DNA from: Escherichia coli | GTDB lineage: Bacteria > Pseudomonadota > Gammaproteobacteria > Enterobacterales > Enterobacteriaceae | Reading direction: 5' to 3' (one strand) | Length of the DNA: 24,000 bases | Assembly: GCF_036498465.1 (NCBI RefSeq) | Contig: NZ_AP027599.1 | Shown here: piece after piece, positions 21,206-24,000 of the stretch | Numbering within the stretch: the first letter of the stretch is position 1 | How the letters are laid out: each line of letters begins with the position of its first letter | Notes under the pieces: model-generated | What the model saw: the letters and a program-made list of their open reading frames with translations, nothing else | Told to the model about the DNA's origin: nothing | Database searches by the model: none | Position numbers and translations under genes: made by a program

Positions 21206-21754
21206 ATGATTCGGCAACGTCGTCGTGCGTTAACGCCGGAACAACAGCAGGAAATGGGTCAACAAGCCGCTACCCGGATGATGACTTATCCCCCGGTGGT
21301 GATGGCACATACGGTCGCTGTATTCCTCTCTTTTGATGGCGAACTCGACACCCAGCCACTCATAGAACAACTCTGGCGCGCCGGTAAGCGCGTATATCTT
21401 CCAGTTTTGCATCCCTTTAGTGCCGGTAATTTGCTGTTCCTGAATTACCATCCGCAAAGCGAACTGGTGATGAACAGGTTGAAGATCCATGAGCCAAAAT
21501 TGGATGTGCGTGACGTGCTACCCCTTTCCCGATTAGACGTGCTGATCACACCGCTGGTCGCCTTTGATGAGTACGGTCAGCGCCTGGGAATGGGCGGTGG
21601 TTTTTATGATCGGACCTTACAAAACTGGCAACACTATAAAACGCAACCGGTGGGTTATGCGCATGATTGTCAGTTGGTGGAAAAACTCCCCGTTGAAGAG
21701 TGGGATATCCCTCTTCCTGCGGTGGTTACACCGTCGAAAGTCTGGGAGTGGTAA
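21206..21754 (+). CDS. ygfA: 5-formyltetrahydrofolate cyclo-ligase, 182 aa (200 aa if the ATG at 21152 is used)
   Basis: MTHFS-family ORF immediately downstream of ssrS with no intervening terminator. The stop at 21752..21754 is certain. The start is ambiguous between 21206 (MIRQRRRALTPEQQ) and 21152 (MTQLPELPLTLSRQEIRKMIRQ...). The track's start at 21008 lies inside 6S RNA and is rejected. Confidence 0.85.
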   Translation: MIRQRRRALTPEQQQEMGQQAATRMMTYPPVVMAHTVAVFLSFDGELDTQPLIEQLWRAGKRVYLPVLHPFSAGNLLFLNYHPQSELVMNRLKIHEPKLDVRDVLPLSRLDVLITPLVAFDEYGQRLGMGGGFYDRTLQNWQHYKTQPVGYAHDCQLVEKLPVEEWDIPLPAVVTPSKVWEW

Positions 21755-21776
21755 GGGCGATACACCCGCATCGCCC
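21755..21776 (+). terminator. Weak candidate hairpin after ygfA
   Basis: gggcgat (21755..21761) pairs with atcgccc (21770..21776) around an 8-nt loop. It is followed by TGATT only, not a U-tract. Confidence 0.3.
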
Positions 21777-21815
21777 TGATTGACATCGTTGATTCTTTGA
21801 CCTAATTTAGTGAGT

Positions 21816-21955
21816 AAGGGTAAGGGAGGATTGCTCCTCCCCTGAGACTGACTGTTAATAAGCGCTGAAACTTATGAGTAACAGTACAATCAGTATGATG
21901 ACAAGTCGCATCATAACCCTTCTCCTTCAAGCCCTCGCTTCGGTGAGGGCTTTAC
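21816..21955 (+). ncRNA. sibC: SibC (RygC/QUAD1c) antisense sRNA, antitoxin of ibsC; ends approximate
   Basis: A TTGACA (21780..21785), 17 nt, TAATTT (21803..21808) promoter predicts a start near 21816. The transcript is fully complementary to ibsC and its ribosome-binding site. It ends at the hairpin agccctcGC-TTCG-GTgagggct (21930..21951) followed by TT. The sequence block TAAGGGTAAGGGAGGATTGCTCCTCCCC is recognisable as Sib-family. Confidence 0.8.
21855..21914 (-). CDS. ibsC: Type I toxin IbsC, 19-aa hydrophobic membrane peptide
   Basis: Hand translation of the minus strand gives ATGATG... = MMRLVIILIVLLLISFSAY, then TAA (21857..21855). A strong Shine-Dalgarno, GAAGGAGAAGGG, ends 2 nt before the first ATG. 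The ORF is below the track's length cut-off. Confidence 0.85.
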   Translation of the reverse strand: MMRLVIILIVLLLISFSAY

Positions 21956-22091
21956 CGTTACAGCCCCATGCTGCCCTGCCATCGTAAATCCCCATTAAAT
22001 AAACACAACGCATTGATCTGACTTTGATTTATTTTCTGGAGCAGACTCGCAAAGTAGAATGCGCAACGCGGCAACGGTGTGGAGAAGGGAT

Positions 22092-22122
22092 AAAAAAACG
22101 GGCAAGTCAGTGACCTGCCCGT
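22092..22122 (-). terminator. Rho-independent terminator of serA
   Basis: The minus strand reads ACGGGCAGGTC-ACT-GACTTGCCCGT (11-bp stem including one G-U pair) followed by T7. It starts 21 nt after the serA TAA. On the plus strand it is followed by TGATTTT, so it may act in both directions. Confidence 0.85.
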
Positions 22123-22142
22123 TGATTTTCAGAGAAGGGGAA

Positions 22143-23375
22143 TTAGTACAGCAGACGGGCGCGAATGGTACCCGGAATAGCTTTCATTGCCTGCAGCGCT
22201 TTTTCGGCAACGTCTTCGTCGGCTTCAATATCAATAACCACATAACCCATCTGGGCGGAAGTTTGCAGATATTGCGCGGCGATGTTGACGCCCTGCTCGG
22301 CGAAGATTTTGTTCAGCGCAGTTAGCACGCCCGGACGGTTTTCGTGGATGTGCATCAGACGACGCCCACCGTGCAGTGGCAGCGAGACTTCCGGGAAGTT
22401 CACCGCAGAGAGCGTTGAGCCATTGTCAGAATACTTGATCAATTTACCCGCAACTTCCAGGCCGATATTCTCCTGCGCTTCCTGAGTCGAACCGCCAATG
22501 TGTGGCGTCAGAAGGACGTTGTCGAATTCACACAGCGGAGAGGTAAATGGATCGCTATTGGTCGCCGGTTCCGTCGGGAATACGTCGATTGCCGCCCCCG
22601 CCAGATGTTTGCTCGCCAGCGCATCACACAGCGCCGGAATATCCACCACAGTACCGCGCGAAGCATTAATCAGCAGCGAGCCGGGCTTCATTAGTGAAAT
22701 TTCTTTCGCGCCCATCATATTTTTGGTGGACGGATTCTCTGGTACATGCAGACTCACCACATCGCTCATATTCAGCAGGTCAGAAAGATGCTGTACCTGA
22801 GTGGCGTTGCCCAGCGGCAGTTTATTTTCAATATCATAAAAGTAAACATACATTCCCAGCGATTCAGCCAGAATGCCCAATTGCGTACCAATATGACCGT
22901 AGCCGATGATACCCAGCTTTTTGCCGCGCGCTTCAAAAGAACCCGCCGCCAGTTTGTTCCACACGCCACGGTGCGCTTTAGCATTGGCTTCCGGCACGCC
23001 GCGCAATAGCAGCAGCAGTTCGCCAATCACCAGCTCCGCAACAGAGCGCGTATTTGAGAACGGTGCGTTAAATACCGGGATCCCGCGCTTTGCCGCCGCA
23101 TCCAGATCAACCTGGTTTGTTCCGATACAGAAACAGCCAATAGCGACCAGTTTTTCTGCGGCGTTGATCACGTCTTCAGTCAGATGGGTACGGGATCGCA
23201 GGCCGATGAAGTGGGCATCGCGGATGGATTCTTTTAATTGTTCATCATCCAGCGCGCCTTTGTGAAATTCGATGTTGGTGTAACCAGCTGCACGAAGGCT
23301 TTCCAGCGCCTTTTGGTGCACGCCTTCTACCAGCAGAAACTTAATCTTGTCTTTCTCCAGCGATACCTTTGCCAT
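22143..23375 (-). CDS. serA: D-3-phosphoglycerate dehydrogenase, 410 aa
   Basis: 2-hydroxyacid dehydrogenase NAD-binding motif (GIIGYGHIGTQLG), catalytic His region (LTPHIGGST) and C-terminal ACT domain. Recognisable as E. coli SerA. Confidence 0.97.
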   Translation of the reverse strand: MAKVSLEKDKIKFLLVEGVHQKALESLRAAGYTNIEFHKGALDDEQLKESIRDAHFIGLRSRTHLTEDVINAAEKLVAIGCFCIGTNQVDLDAAAKRGIPVFNAPFSNTRSVAELVIGELLLLLRGVPEANAKAHRGVWNKLAAGSFEARGKKLGIIGYGHIGTQLGILAESLGMYVYFYDIENKLPLGNATQVQHLSDLLNMSDVVSLHVPENPSTKNMMGAKEISLMKPGSLLINASRGTVVDIPALCDALASKHLAGAAIDVFPTEPATNSDPFTSPLCEFDNVLLTPHIGGSTQEAQENIGLEVAGKLIKYSDNGSTLSAVNFPEVSLPLHGGRRLMHIHENRPGVLTALNKIFAEQGVNIAAQYLQTSAQMGYVVIDIEADEDVAEKALQAMKAIPGTIRARLLY

Positions 23376-23427
23376 TTACCCAATCCTGTCTTTTGAAATG
23401 TTGTGTGCGGATTTGCATCCGCCTTTC

Positions 23428-23455
23428 AACATATCAAAAAATAATATTGCGGCAA
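23428..23455 (-). promoter_or_regulatory. Candidate proximal serA promoter
   Basis: The minus strand reads TTGCCG (23455..23450), 16 nt, TATGTT (23433..23428), ending 53 nt upstream of the serA ATG. This is a by-eye consensus match. serA is known to have Lrp/CRP-controlled promoters in this spacer. Confidence 0.35.
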
Positions 23456-23607
23456 TATGAACGTTTGCGTCGCGATGTTGAGGAAATATCACGCAAAGGT
23501 AATTCTTGGATGAATATGCTGGTTTAGAGGATTTATTTAGAGCAATCGACAATTGCCTGGTAAAAGCGTGACACATGTCACCAAATTTAATGAAGAGAAT
23601 TTTTTTA

Positions 23608-23626
23608 ACGGGGGAGGTTCCCCCGT
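23608..23626. terminator. GC-rich stem-loop immediately after the rpiA stop
   Basis: acggggga (23608..23615) pairs with tcccccgt (23619..23626) around a 3-nt loop. A T7 run precedes it on the plus strand, which reads as an A7 run after it in the rpiA sense. The geometry is therefore atypical for an rpiA intrinsic terminator. Confidence 0.4.
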
Positions 23627-23630
23627 CAGA

Positions 23631-24000
23631 TCATTTCACAATGGTTTTGACACCGTCAGGTGTGCCAATCAGCGCAACGTCCGCGCCACGGTTAGCAAAC
23701 AAGCCAACAGTCACCACGCCAGGAATCGCATTTATGGCGTTTTCCATCGCTATCGGGTCAAGGATTTCCATGCCGTGGACGTCGAGGATCACGTTGCCAT
23801 TATCGGTCACCACGCCCTGACGGTATTCCGGACGACCGCCCAGTTTCACCAGCTGACGCGCCACTGCACTACGTGCCATCGGGATAACTTCTACTGGCAG
23901 CGGGAATTTACCCAGAATATCAACCTGCTTGGAAGCGTCTGCAATACAGATAAATTTTTCTGCAACCGAAGCAATGATTTTTTCACGGGTCAGCGCCGCG
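23631..24000 (-). CDS. rpiA: Ribose-5-phosphate isomerase A, C-terminal about 123 codons (5' end beyond the right edge)
   Basis: The minus-strand frame is open to the window edge. It reads ...[122 protein letters not shown], the RpiA C-terminus. The track shows only the part from an internal Met. Confidence 0.93.

Noticed and set aside
21958-22091. Unassigned roughly 135-nt stretch between the SibC terminator and the serA terminator, with a TAGAAT hexamer (22045..22050) that could launch a short plus-strand RNA ending at the bidirectional hairpin
   Set aside because: The -35 match is poor (TTTTCT). The region must also hold the ibsC promoter on the other strand, and I have no independent support for a transcript. 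It is worth only a glance in RNA-seq data.

Overview
This window is contiguous Escherichia coli-type core chromosome, the lysS-prfB-recJ-dsbC-xerD ... gcvTHP ... ubiI-ubiH-pepP-ygfB / zapA-ssrS-ygfA ... serA-rpiA region. I recognise 26 protein-coding genes, two of them truncated at the window edges. All are housekeeping genes with diagnostic motifs, and most are transcribed on the minus strand. Features a plain ORF track misses: (1) prfB needs a programmed +1 frameshift at CTT TGA C; (2) 6S RNA (ssrS) has two upstream promoters sharing the -10 hexamer TAGAGT; (3) a 19-codon hydrophobic toxin ORF (ibsC) is covered by an antisense sRNA (SibC), forming a type I toxin-antitoxin locus between ygfA and serA; (4) the overlapping sdhE/ygfX(cptA) pair; (5) a REP/BIME cluster after ygfZ; (6) two related GC-rich palindromic repeats on either side of gcvP. 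RF2 carries Ala246 (GCG), so the source is probably not the K-12 lineage. I saw no mobile elements, phage genes, CRISPR arrays, defence islands or compositionally foreign segments. I found no convincing evidence for an undescribed system. The findings below are mostly known but non-canonical features, plus a few low-confidence small ORFs and structures. RNA ends and promoter calls were made by eye and are approximate.
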